The notes beneath the pieces were generated by a model. It was not told where the DNA came from and ran no database searches. It saw only the letters and a program-made list of their open reading frames with translations. DNA of 64,000 bases from Iphione sp. A-MEVVRFRX5 (taxonomy: Eukaryota): NCBI GenBank assembly GCA_976226885.1, contig OZ320316.1:58094001-58158000 (forward strand), given 5' to 3'. A program made the translations under genes and the position numbers. Shown in pieces: positions 26,609-39,300 of this stretch. Within the stretch, counting starts at the first letter, position 1. Each line of letters starts with the position of its first letter.

Positions 26609-28432
26609 ATGTCTGGGATCTTCAAATCTAAAAGTAAGGACTCCAAAGTAGAAAAAACAGTGGAAAAGACCAAGAGAGGTAGAAACAAGATAGAGAAGGC
26701 AAACTCTGAGATGATACAAGCACAAGAACCTCTTCCCACCACCGGTGCTGCAAATGTTGATGCCCGCCTGGATGGGTCTCTCATAGAAATTATAACAAGA
26801 GCTATTCAAGGTGCCTTGGATGAGTTCATGGACAAATACCAGACCAGGAATGAAGTGTTCATGGAGGGGATCTCCCCTGAGATGAAGGATACCCAAGATG
26901 ACATGAAGGCGTCAAGAAGGAAGTAACATATCTAAATGAGAGAATGAAGCAGGTTGAACAAGGTGGACCAGGAAAGGATCACGGCTGTCCTCGATATAGT
27001 TAACCATGAACCTTAAGGATCATTGGTTTGAAAGAAACTAATCAAGCTGATACTATAAGGGTAATCAACATCTGTAATCATATTGGTGTTGAGTACCCTA
27101 TGCATCCAAGTTAACATTGACGAAATGTATAGGATTGGAGAAGATGGTATCAATTGACCAAGGCCCGTGATACTAAGTCTGGTAAGCCAATCTGATACAA
27201 GGTTCCAATCAAGTGTCTTTGTAGATGAGGATCTACCTGAAGAATTCAAAAAGGCTTCTTAAAGGCCAGAAATTTGGTCAGCAACAAGGAGCTGCATAGT
27301 GCTTGGACATATAATTGTATGATTTATGTGAAGAAATCACTGAACGCAGTTCCGACGATATACGATGACATCAAGGAATCTTAAAAAATTAAAGGGTATG
27401 TACAATGTCTTTAACAACATTCTAACAGTGTAAGCAATATATTTGAAAATTTTATAATCCAGATGTCTCTGAGCCACGTCTTGGTAACTAAGCAAACGTT
27501 TAGCATATATCTGTTCAAACAATGTATCTTTTAAATATGACGTAATAATATGATGATGAATGAACATACCTACAAAGACTGGTTTCAACTTCACGTCCTA
27601 TTAATCACAGATATTTTCATATAATTTCCTTAAAGTATTATCTGTTTTAGATGATATGTCTTTTTCTAAGAAAAAATAGAAATACTGACTTTATGTATGG
27701 AAAATACAAGCAATTAAACAAATATATTATGGCCATAAGTATGTTAACCTCCCAATGGTTCCATTAAGGAATTTTTCAATATTATGAATAAAATTCTACT
27801 TGAAGTTCAAAATGGTTGTGAACTTATCCTAGCAGATGAAATATTGATATGAACAAAACAAAGACTGTTGAATATATGGAAGCAATAAGACAAAATATAT
27901 AATGATCAAATATCGACCTCCTAATGGTTCCATTAAGGAATTTTTCAATATCATAAATAAAATTCTACTTGAAGTTCTAAATGGGTGTGAACTTATCTTA
28001 GCAGGTGATCTGAATATTGATATGAACAAAACAAAGACTGTTATATATAAGGAAATGAAATACTTTTTCAGGAACGAAATGAATAAGGAATGAGTAAGCC
28101 ACATACCCTTCTGAAGGGAATGAAATACTTTCTATATAGTAACCACCTTGTATATGAAACACGGCCACCAGAATAAAAAGAACACATTAGCCACCATTGA
28201 CCAGTTAATAACAAATATCCCACGGAAGATTTATTCTCATGCCAGAGTTCTAAGTAATTTCCTTGATCATTACTGGATATATGCAGATCTAAAAGGAAAT
28301 AAACATACAAAGCTCAAGAATACTAGGATTCTCAAAAGATGTTTCAAACAAGTGAACACTGCTGTGCTAAAAGAAAATATCCTGCAGGGCTGTGGCAATA
28401 CAGCTTATGAAAGTGAATCAACAGAATATTAA
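26609..28432 (+). mobile_element. 5' part of a non-LTR retrotransposon (CR1/L2-like): ORF1 plus APE endonuclease, degenerate, RT absent
   Basis: ORF1: charged, coiled-coil-like 26609-26926, then NL/RIIGLKE..., IDEMYRIG...PRPVIL and VFVDEDLPEE (RRM-type ORF1 motifs). APE: PDVSEPRL (cf. SETWL), YRPP, AGDLNID and TIDQLITN...SNFLDHYWIY (cf. SDH). Motifs are in canonical order, with many stops and frameshifts. Confidence 0.75.
27748..28050 (+). repeat. Tandem duplication (period 169 bp) inside the LINE endonuclease
   Basis: CCTCCCAATGGTTCCATTAAGGAATTTTTCAATAT... at 27748 recurs as CCTCCTAATGGTTCCATTAAGGAATTTTTCAATAT... at 27917. Similarity runs about 135 bp, through GATATGAACAAAACAAAGACTGTT. Confidence 0.92.
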
Positions 28433-29768
28433 CCAATTTATAAAATGTATTCACACAGAGGTTGACTCCAATAACGCATATAACAGTGACATACTCAAAA
28501 GGGTTTGGGGATTGAAAATGAAGTCAACAGAGAAACAGGACCAAAAATGAGGATGATTGACAAAATACTAAGGCACAAAGAAATTTATGCACTAGACTAT
28601 ATTATAGACAAAGAAGAAATGAAACAGGGAAAGCCGGTTTGACGTTTTATCTCTAATTTTCACTCTTTTCCATTTGCATATTTTTTTGAAGAATACAAAA
28701 ACCGGAAAACGTTCCTCACGTGAGGCATTGAAACTACTTCACAATACCCACTATATACGATCTTAAGGGTGGGAAGATGCAGTATTCATATGCCAGGAGC
28801 AGCTCATTAAAGACGCCGCATAGCCAAGGTACGTTCTGGCCTTGTGTCGATCGCAATAACAAAGTTGATTTCTAATCGGTAACAGGGACTAAATTCCAGG
28901 GTTATAAATTGTTTCATAAGTGAATACCAACACAATATTAAAACTAGAGGCATGCCAGTTTACAGACCGATAAAACCTTGATATAGACGGGTGAACAAAA
29001 ACGAAACGAAGGTCTTTTTCATTTTAAAATAGATACTTACGAAGACAGGAATATTGCGACAGTTTGATTCAAAATGGAGGGATATCTGCCAAGTTGCATA
29101 GCTTATTAAAATTACAGACATGTTTAATATACGTAGATTGTGTTACACAAAATACATTGTCGCGTTTTATATACATGTATTGCTTATAATGAGTGGATAT
29201 AAAACTTACCAGTGGTGAATACTTGCGTTACCAGCACTTATTGCTGTGACGCCATGAATACGTTTTTAGAATCCATTGTTTGAATGGTTTTGACACTGTG
29301 GATCACCTACTGAATATTATTGTCAGAGTCCTAGAATAGGTGACAGCTCAGACCACTCGCTCGTTTACCCACCCGTTTTGTTATACTGCAGCCCGATTCC
29401 TTCAACGGTCCATTGGGCCGTGCCTTATTCCCCTTTCCTTTTCCCCACATCATTATGTGTAGCCCATGTCCATTAATCTAGGACTGCGTGAATATTCTCA
29501 TCCTTGGTAATAATAATATGGAAAATGTTTTGCATACATTTCTTAGAATCGGAGATGACAGTGATACACTCAAGTACCATTTTATTCTTCCCCAATCGCA
29601 TCAAATGAATGCTTTCTGGTATTCTTCATCCATCGCAAAGGTATAGACTGACTTCAGCCCAGGTAAGGGCATAGCTGGAGCTATATTAACGACTGCCTTT
29701 CTGCAGTGACTATCTGTAAAATTAAAGTTGTACGTATACATAAATAAAATTGGCAGAATAAATGTATA

Positions 29769-30461
29769 CAGTTCACTCCCTGCTTGCGGATGCGTCTCGG
29801 AAGCGGACGCATCTACAATGCGGACGATTTGACGCAGAACGAAATGATTTCCTATTGTTTCCTATAGTAAGCTGACGTCTCCAATGCGGACGACAAAATT
29901 CAGGGGGCGCCTCCCTGCGGACAGATTTAGACTGTAAAATCGGCAGGTTTAGACTGCGAATTCACAGGTTTAGACCGTTAATAGGTAGGTTTAGACTGTG
30001 AACAACGTGGACAAGGTGTTGTCGCACAAATTTGGGGCCCCAGAGAGGCTCCAGAAGTCATTTTCAAAGGTAGCTATGAATAACCCCTGTGGAGGAGGTG
30101 TTGTTGCGCGACTTTGGGGCTCCAGGGAGGGTCCAAGAAGGCTCTAGTAGTCAGTACTTTTTTTACTTTTACTGGTCAAGTTCAGTATTTTTAGGACATT
30201 ACTGGTCAAATTCAGTACTTTTAGGACTTTAACTGGTCAAATTCAGTACTTTTAGGACTTTAACTGGTCAAATTCAGGACTTTTAGGACTTTTCCTGTCA
30301 AATTCAGTACTTTTTGTACCTTAACTGGTTAGAGAGAGAGGGAGAAAGGGATTTCATTTTCTAGTTTGACCCCCCCTGTAGTGATCTCCAATGTGGACGC
30401 GTCTCCAATGCGGACGATTTGGAGCAGAACGGAGGGTGTCCGGAATGGAGAGAGTGTACTG
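29769..30461. mobile_element. pogo/Tc1-mariner-type MITE with internal tandem arrays
   Basis: TA|CAGTTCACTCCC...GAGAGTGTACTG|TA, i.e. imperfect TIRs with TA target duplication. Subterminal motif CTCCAATGCGGACGA is repeated near both ends, with an inverted GTGTCCGGAATGGAG at the right terminus. No coding capacity. Confidence 0.85.
30150..30330. repeat. Minisatellite of about 31 bp (AACTGGTCAAATTCAGTACTTTTAGGACTTT), about 5-6 copies
   Basis: Head-to-tail copies are directly visible, with no unique spacers. Confidence 0.92.
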
Positions 30462-31328
30462 TATATATATTCAACATAATATCTCTACCTACGTCCAGTG
30501 TACTCCCTCGCAAGTAGATGTCTACGTTTCTGACCAAGAACTTCACCATCGGAGGGATGCCTTCTTGACATGTAATGTGTATTTTTATCAATTTCAAATT
30601 GATGAACAGCTGTCCCTCTGTGGTTCTGTTATCTTTATAGGGATGTCTGCAAGGATGGGGCATACCGTACATTTGATTCATACTAGTAATGGATGCGCTC
30701 CATCTCCGACATTAGCTACAAACAAGAGGATGGCTAGACATGCAATGAACTGCTCTGCCACCGGCCTAATCTGGGGCTTAGAGCGTTAATGGCTTCATTT
30801 GGATTGATATGCCAAAGGTAAACTCTCTTCGTACATTTACATGTACATGTATTTAGATTTTCGTACTGACTTGTGTGGACTATAAAGATGGTTGTTAGTC
30901 CCTGGAAAGAGTTTGTCTACAACAATATTTAAAAAGGAGATTACTCTTAAAGCTAAGACATTGTGTGCCTATACGGTATCTTCACCACTCATCCCCGCTG
31001 TTCGGCCATCAAGCACTATCTCCAAAGTGCCTGGTTACTTCTTCTGCCTACCGCCACATTTAAATGTAACTTTGCGTACATTGACACAAATTGACCGCTC
31101 ATCCATCACCCATGCAATTTAGTCACAAAGGACTAAAGGAAACCGGCACATCCAATATCTATTAAATGGCACGAACCGTTTACATTTAGACGTAATTTGA
31201 AACACGCCTTTCTACAACATAGATCAGATGCTTTTGTAATATGGAATAATCAACGTGAAAGAGAAGAAATATGTCTTTAATCTGAATTGTTGGGTAGCAC
31301 TAAAACTTCCTAAAACAGTGCCATCGGA

Positions 31329-31370
31329 CCCCCCCCCCCAAAAAAAAAAAGAAAGAAAGAAAGAAAGGAA
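31329..31370. repeat. Compound simple repeat: poly(C), poly(A), (GAAA)n
   Basis: Directly visible C-run, A-run and GAAA tetramers. Confidence 0.9.
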
Positions 31371-34300
31371 ATACAAAAAACACACTATGGGTATGTCTGT
31401 ATGTGACTACTGATATCTTGCCAAAGGCTTTGGTATTCATATTCTTGCCCATTCTTCTTGATGTCATTCTAAATAATAACCTCTGTTATTAGTGTGTACA
31501 CATCTCATATTGACAGTCTCAGGTGAAACGGTATTCCGTAAGACGCTTGATGTAAGCTATGCTTGTTATTAAGAAGGAACAGAAAATAAACAGCGTTCCT
31601 TATTCTCCTATGTCCCTGTGCCATATACGTCTACATTCATCTCTACAGTTTCTAGCACAACTTCTGTAGTTCTTATTTTTAGTGTTCGCTTCCCTAGGCG
31701 TACAATCAGGTTAGATGATACCATTTACAATCTTTCCCAAACTAACTACATTGTAAATCTAAAGGGCAGATTTAAATCTGACCTGATATGGTCTATGGCT
31801 TGGTAAGTTTGTGTTTCTATTGACGAGACAGATAAAATAGAGATGACGTTGCCAAATTCTGGTAGCAGCTCTCGTTCAGCCGTTTTGTTCTCCCTGATCT
31901 GTTACACAAAATGGCTAGAACGAGAAAGAAAGCGTTCCCTTGATAAAATCATGGTAACTTTGCAAAGCGATTTCCTTTTCATTATCTACCCTTACGGGCG
32001 TAACTGTCCACAGGAAATATGGGCCACTCTCAGCCTGGCGCCGGTTACCATAAATCAGGCCCTTTAGGGGCTGGCGGACCTGTGCCTGTGACGTCCTCTA
32101 CTCGGCAAACTGAGCAGTTTGGGGTCGTTTTAAGTGTTTAACGATCGGAGCTCGGTACTGCTCGCCGGTGTGGTTTTCCTATGGAGATGCGGCCTAATTA
32201 CGCCACTGACAGAGGGTCAGATTTGTCCCGGGGACCTCGGCATTGATTACCAATAGCGTGAGCATTGCAAAGAATCAGTCTGCTGAAGCTTGCCCGGGCA
32301 GAGCGAAGATGGCGCTGCCCATCTTGAGCCACCCCTTGCACACTGGATGTCGTAAATACAGCAGCGGCTCGTTCTATAACCATCGAACTCCAATGGGTAG
32401 GGGTGGGAGCAACCTCACGGTAATGTTTTGTCGATGGTTGGACAAAAACATTATGATTCTATTGTAGTCGTGGGGGCGATTCAAGTAAAGCGGGGGCTCG
32501 ATACTTTCCGTGGGCTCGGAAATAGATCCTTAAAGAGAAATTTTGGTTAATTCATATGGCGATGGGGCCCAACCAACACCCTTCTTCCTCTGGAAAAAGA
32601 TTATTTTACCATCACTCTTAAAAAAAGCACTAACCATTTCAACCAATCGTTTGGTTCCCTTTTTCAGTTCTCACTCTGGGCGCCTGCTTTTTTAGCCATT
32701 GGGGACACAGAGAGACCATCTGATTGACGTGTTCAACCAGCAGCGGTCAGGATGGACCTACTTTCTACGTGTGGCGGTCCGCGGGATGCAAACCAGCGGC
32801 GGCGTCCCAGTGGTTAGAGGACTAGACGTTGTCTCCTTCGGAAGGGGATGATCAGTAATTGAGAGAAGCGCGTTGGCAGCCCAGAAACGGTATAGATAGA
32901 TGCCGAACGTCCGGTTTTCGGCCCTATCTGGTCCGATGATGCCTAACGTCGGCGTCCCAGTCAGTCAGACTCGACACAGCCGACGTGTAGTCGCCGGTAT
33001 GCCTTTGCAAAGGTCACTTACCTTGACGCGATCGTCCCAAGTAGTGCTCCGGTACGGGGCTCTACCTCCCCCCACCATCCCCCCAGCGCTGATGTCCGTG
33101 AAGGCTTCACCTCCAACACGACTGACCCTTGACAACCAATTTATGGCAAGGGCGCCCCTATGTCAGCGACTGCCTCTTGAGCCCATGAATAACACGTTTT
33201 CACCGGGGGCTGCCCAGCAAAAAGTTCCTCCCCACTCTCTCCTACAATGCCAAGAATTCAAGCAGCAATTGTGTAGGGCATGGACCAATGGACAGGGATG
33301 CAGCCCACCAGTCTATTTCATAGCTGATAATTATTCTTGGCATGGCACACGCATGCACAGTTTATGTACGTATATATGTATACAATGTACATGTATGTAT
33401 ACGTCATAATGTGATTTCAGTTTTCTACGTTCTGCGCATGATCAAACTTAATTCCTTAATACAACTTTTCAGACAATGATTACATCTCGGTTTTATGAAA
33501 GGACAAAGAGCCACGCTCCAGACAGTAAATGCATGCAGTGTGTGTGGTGCTATTAGCGAGTCTCATTATGCTGTCGACGCAATACTGTATTGTGTATATC
33601 CAGATTCTGTTGTTTGCTCTGTTCTTCTGACAGCTTGCCCTTCAGTCGTTAATATAGGCAAAGCCTATCTATAAGGGTACTAAGGCACCTTTTCATTTAT
33701 AGACGAAGATTCAATAAGTGTAAAGGGCCTCCTTGAAATGCCGAATATAGGCGCAGATGATTTATGTCCTGCTTTCCATATGAGATCTTGTTGATGGTGG
33801 TAGTTTGACTTTTTTTGGTGTGATTGCCGAGCGGAAAGATACAGGCATGGCTGGGCCACCATGCATCATCTCCATCGAAGGATCGCTGGGCTCGGTTCAG
33901 ATCGGCCCATCCTTGTCGGAGCGACTCGGGTTCTAACCCCAGGCCGAGTCGCCCGCCGATCCATCAGCCGGCTAGCGAAGCGCCTGGCCCTGGTCGCTCT
34001 AACCCAAGGCTCACCCGCAAGTTGACGATCATTCGGGCGCACCATGGCTGCATAACATCGCATAGTCGTTGCATCAAGTTACTGACGATTGGCGCGACAG
34101 TATAGCTAGTGGTGGGTACCCTGACGTGTGCGAAACGTTCTACTTTTTTCTTCCGTAATGTATTATGTATGTAAAATAATAGATGGTCGTCGAAGGTTGA
34201 CATTTCCTTCTTTTTTCAGTTCAAATGATACACTCATATTGGATTTACAGGAGCTTACAAATGAAAGTGCTGTCCAGGCTTTCCTGGGAACTTCACTTTT

Positions 34301-37300
34301 AGCGTATAAAAATGTTGCAATAATAAAAGGTGTTGTATTTCATTAAGTGAAATATAATAAAGGAGAACGCAAGAAGTATTATAACGAGAAGTAGAGGCTG
34401 TCACAGCTGACGCTTAGAAGTGAGACTAACGAGTTAGTCGCGTTCTTATTTGACACTGCAGAAGCACAAAAATGATGATGGTATTGAACTTCCATGCGGT
34501 GTTTTAATCGCATTCCTTATAAAACGCTGGGCAGGGATATGCGAGACTGAAGATTTTGTGTTCCGAAGGCTGAACAAAGGCACAAACCAAGTTTGAAATT
34601 CCGAAGCAGAATTCATCATGAAACCGCGACTTTAACACCCCCCCCAAAAAAAAATAATAAATAAAATAATGGCTGGCTATTGTGTTACATTTGACCTACC
34701 AGTCGGAATTTTTGGCACTGCTCAGTGAAATTGCCACGGCCTGTCCCACTGTCCTCAAATCCATCGGGAGCGAAGCATAAAAGAAACAAGAGGAGAAAAA
34801 TGGCGGCCTCTCGTTCGGGTCAGATAGCGTCCAATAAGACTGTGATAACGGCGAGTGCGCAGTTACATAAAACCTGGTCCCCGGGTCAAACCTCCCCAGC
34901 TTGTGAGTCTCGCGAGACGCGCAGAGCTTATAATCCTTGCCTGGGCCTCACCGATCATCCGACATGAGACGTGTCCCGTGGTCTTGACCCTTTCCACTTG
35001 GAAGAGGAGAAGTAGTGCTTACCCGTTATAATCGGTCACGAGTGTTCCCTTCCACGCTGGCTATTTCCATATTCGGTGCTGCGAACTGATGTCACGCGCG
35101 CGGTTCTGGCGCTTTCCTCGCCATTTACCCTTTTACACAGTGCCGAAGCGAACAGTGATCTGTCAGTCAAGTCTCTTGGCTGAAACAGCAGGAAATAAAT
35201 GCTCTTTTGTAAACATTTGATTTCTGGACACGTACGTATGGTAATAAAGGGTTTGCATACGTGACGGTAGTTAAATATAAATATAAATTTACGAAGAATG
35301 TACCATTCTCGTCAGCAACGTCAGCATTCCACCTTTTTGGATATAAGTTAACTTATTCTCTTTACAAGGACATAAACATTGTATCTATTTCAGATTTCAG
35401 CTAATACCAGCAGACGGAATGCAGAACAGTGCTATTCTCCCTGCCCCATATTGATCATACATTTGTCATTGAATGCTTTGTAAAGGTTAGACTTTTCTGA
35501 CGATACCAGTATTGGGCCCTCGGTTTATTTCAAACTTCACCGATTCAATATGAGCCTCATCTTACATATTTTAGAAAGGCCCTGAGCGATACTCCTCTGC
35601 ATTTCTGGACAGTATAGAATCAAAGTTAGCGTCTGCGAAATTAAAGCATCATTATTCTGTAGAGTGAATCTCATATTTACATTTCCATGCGTAATGCGAA
35701 GAATGGCTCTAGTACAGAACTCAAATATCGATTATTCAGCTGAATACATTATGAAATAGTCAGTTTGGATTCGAGTAATGTAGACTGGCTGTTCAACGTG
35801 GAATCTTCCGCTGTGCTCCTATGCTCAGTGGCCAGTGATCAAGTGATGCCTTGCTGCAGGTTCGGGGCTAATATGAAGATTAACATGTGCCGTAAATTGA
35901 CATGAAACCATCGTAAACATAACCGTTAATGGGAGGCTTTAGTTCGACCGGGGAAGGGAGGGGGTAGCTGGTGGGCCTCGCGGACAGTTATACTCTCGCT
36001 CAATTTTCTCCGTCCATAATATATTGCGTCGTTCGCGAGGGCCGTTTCTGGACGATAGATCGTTGGTCAGCCAATAGACCTTAGGAAGTTCTAGCTTCTG
36101 GCTGGCAGCATCGGCTTAGAACACCCTTCCCAAGAAAAAAATGCGAAATTTACATTACCCAAATGGCCGCGGGGCAACAACCCGAAGCAGGAATAATGTT
36201 TGAAATAGATTGTATTTAGAAAGGATGTATATTTTAATATATATATATACACCAAGAGCAATAACAGACACACTTGTTCATATAAGCAATGACAAAAGAT
36301 TTTTTAAAAGTTATAATCCTTTAGAATAACGAAAAATATTTCCATCACAAAAGCAATGTAACAGATCACGTAAGCTTTGCTTTTATCGGGTGAGAGCTGG
36401 TTCTGGCCCTGCGGAAGCAGTTGACGACATAGCCGCGAAGTGTTCAGGCATAATTTGTGGCTTCTCGCCTCTGAAGGACCTACTGAAGTAATGTACCAAG
36501 CTTGAGCAAAAGACACCAGGGTGGTGAGGGTTGTTATACACAACATCCACAATAATGGAAGGAAAGTGAGAGCCCTATGCACTGCTCTGGTACTCCTTTG
36601 TAGCCAGCCTAAGGGCTTATACTACTCCTGCATATACTTGCTTCTGAGAGCCTCCTCAAGTGCTGAGTATAACAATATATCCCTGAAGGAATAGATTCTA
36701 TTTGGACATGGGCGAGATTAATGCCGAGGGACAAGAGCGACAACGGAAAGCCTATATAACAAGATTCAAAAATTATAAATATGAATATTTTCATGTAGCA
36801 TGACATGTCTTGCTTGTAGTTGATATATAAGAAGAGTAAACAGTCAACATATGTTGCCTCGAACGTCTTGGGTTTGAAATATTACAATTACGAGGGACCT
36901 CTCCGCGCTTTGCCGCTTCCTGCAGATTGTCCTAATCAACCCCTTTTGAAGGAGGTTAATCCCGTTAACGCTGCGCTCATACCGGTTCTAATCTCTGCCA
37001 CACGTGGCTGGTACTTCAAGCGTGGTGCCCAGGGGAGTCCCTTGCGGCCAGGCGCTGACAGGGGGTAGTGCCTGACGTCTAACCAAGTTTTATGACCTGT
37101 TAAGGCAGTTAGACTGCTCCACCAATCAGCTACGGTTGAATAGGGTTTTACTAGGACCTCCGGTGGCCGCTCACCACCGACCGTAAATCAGACCAGTTTA
37201 TAAGACTTGTATAGTAGGCTTCGGTCTGTTTACATGCAAAACCTTTCTCGGTCCGCCTAGAAGAGCCATGAATCTTAAGACCAGTACCCCGATTAATAAT

Positions 37301-39059
37301 CCAGTACACGGTGGGGTTGTGGAGGGTGATGGCAGAGTTTCACGGGCTACGATTACCTGGGCCATCCAGCAGTTGAAAGGCGCTTTGGGCCGCACAAGGT
37401 CCGCCGAATCACTTCCTGTGGTTGTAAAGCTGAGGACCTTTCTCCCGTGATTCCTTGTTGAGTTCGCATCAAAAATTGGGCGTGTTACCGGGAGGCAACT
37501 AGCCAGCGGCTAAAAGCATTGCCTTCTCATCACTCTCCGCGCCACATTCCGAGCACTCAGAATGGCACGGCGGCCTCGCAGTCGCCCCACACGGTGGTTT
37601 TCCAGTATCGGCTCATATATATCACTCGTTGAGCCAACCGATCCAGCGAGTTTGGTCTACTGCATTCCTCCAGGCTTCCTTGACGGCCTACTGTAGGGGA
37701 ATCCTTCACGCTGGCGGGCACCTCAAGGCGCAGCCAAAGTGGTATCCCCTTCACAAATCCAGCATGGCCCTTACTGGGATTAAGGTCAGTTCCGGTTCCA
37801 ATTTGTCGCTCATTGGTCTCCCCCTGAACTTCTACCAGGCGTCCCAGACGGGCGAGGGTAAACAGTTTTATTGCACTGCTCTAAACACGATACAAACGAC
37901 TAAATAAAACTACCATTACTCAACGTACAAGCTCTGTCCTAGCATTAAGTCATATTTAATGTGGCCACGCTTAGATAGATAATGGTCAATTCTACATAAC
38001 TTGCTGTTAGAATGACAGAGATGTGAATATTATTGGAATGGACATTTCACAGGCAAGTGGCAGGAAGATGTCTAGAATTTCTTAATTTATGTAATGGAGC
38101 GACCAAAAAACAGTCTGTGAAAAACTGAAGCAAGTTCAAGGTTTTCATTCCTCCCCCATCTATAACGGTAGTTGCATGAAAACAAGACTTTCAACAGATT
38201 CAATTAAACCGATTGGGCTTAACAGCGAGTAAACCATTTAAATTTAATTTGATTAAATCTGCGACACATTAATGGATAATCGCCTTCTCGTTACCTGCCT
38301 TTATTATGCCAAGATGGGTGGAGGGTTTGGGTAAATCAAATTGTCTACAGGGTAGGGCGAAGCCTGACCGGGCGTCTGTTGTCCACCATTAGCGGCTACC
38401 GTTCAATTTCGCCTGCGCCTACACTCAACGGTGTCGTGGCCTTGTGGAGAACAACTCGGAAGGTGTCGTCATTCGGTGGTGAACAAGAGACAGGAGAGCT
38501 GGGGCCTTGGTAACAAGCTGAGAGAACGAAAGACGCCCTCAAAGGATGGACACTTCCATTAGCCCCCGGCGAGCGTGGCGCTACCTGATGGCGCGCGTGC
38601 CCAAGCTTTCTGGGGTGCACGAAGACAAGCATGCCTAGAGTGTAATTCGTCCCCTCGACACCAGGATCGCATTATGTGCCAGACGACAACTCTGTTATTT
38701 CACGCCCCCAAGCCCACGCGGCGCTCCCAGCTGCCCATTGGCGAGCACTGACAACACCTAGCTGATGCTGTCAGGCGAACCTTTCGCTATCTGCGACACA
38801 TGTCTGCAGAGATGAGGTCCTGCCTCTGGTCCTCAAGCCACCGGCGCGCAATGTCAACCGGTCTCTGCACCTGAATATCACCTGCTATGCATGTACTTAG
38901 TGCTGATGGTCATTTGTACAAACAGAGCGGCCTGAAGCATCTTTGAGCCGAAAATATGGAGAGGCAGGTGAAATAGAAGTAGCCTCAAAACAGGTCTTTC
39001 TTTCATTGTGATTAATGTGATACACATATATTTAATTGATAATATAAAACGGTATACTT

Positions 39060-39300
39060 TTGAAAGCCATTATAAGGTTACTGTGGGTAGATGGAACGGA
39101 TCTCTGTAGAATGAAGACTGTGAAGTACCCTGCCAAACCATCCAGAGACAATTGCCTGCACCGCCAAGCCGGTGAACAGGGTCTGCCGTTTGGATTGCGA
39201 TTTGTCTTAGTGTTGTCCAGGCTGTATCGCCTGGTGAATGGCCTGACTGTCCCTGACCGATCACTAAGCTTCATAGGCTACATACCACACCCACCCAGCA
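39060..39300 (+). mobile_element. Possible DIRS/Gypsy-type reverse transcriptase trace
   Basis: DL...GLPFGLRFVLVLSRLYRLV..., with YIPH at roughly the offset where YxDD is expected after LPFGL. The catalytic aspartates are absent. Confidence 0.28.

Noticed and set aside
30150-30330. 31-bp repeat array as a CRISPR
   Set aside because: Units are contiguous with no unique spacers, there are no cas genes, the context is eukaryotic, and it lies inside a MITE.
31608-31724. IVRLGKRTLKIR (minus strand) resembling a LINE ORF1 RRM motif
   Set aside because: Only 38 codons with no supporting neighbouring motifs.
35255-35280. Other CUGANGA hammerhead-like cores (here, and near 2164, 9772 and 16673; minus strand)
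   Set aside because: No GAAA directly after stem II, or no stems, and no PLE context.
37330-37830. AIQQLKG and YPLHK segments resembling the LINE RT N-terminus
   Set aside because: KAPG.D and NYRPIS are not conserved; similarity is too diffuse.
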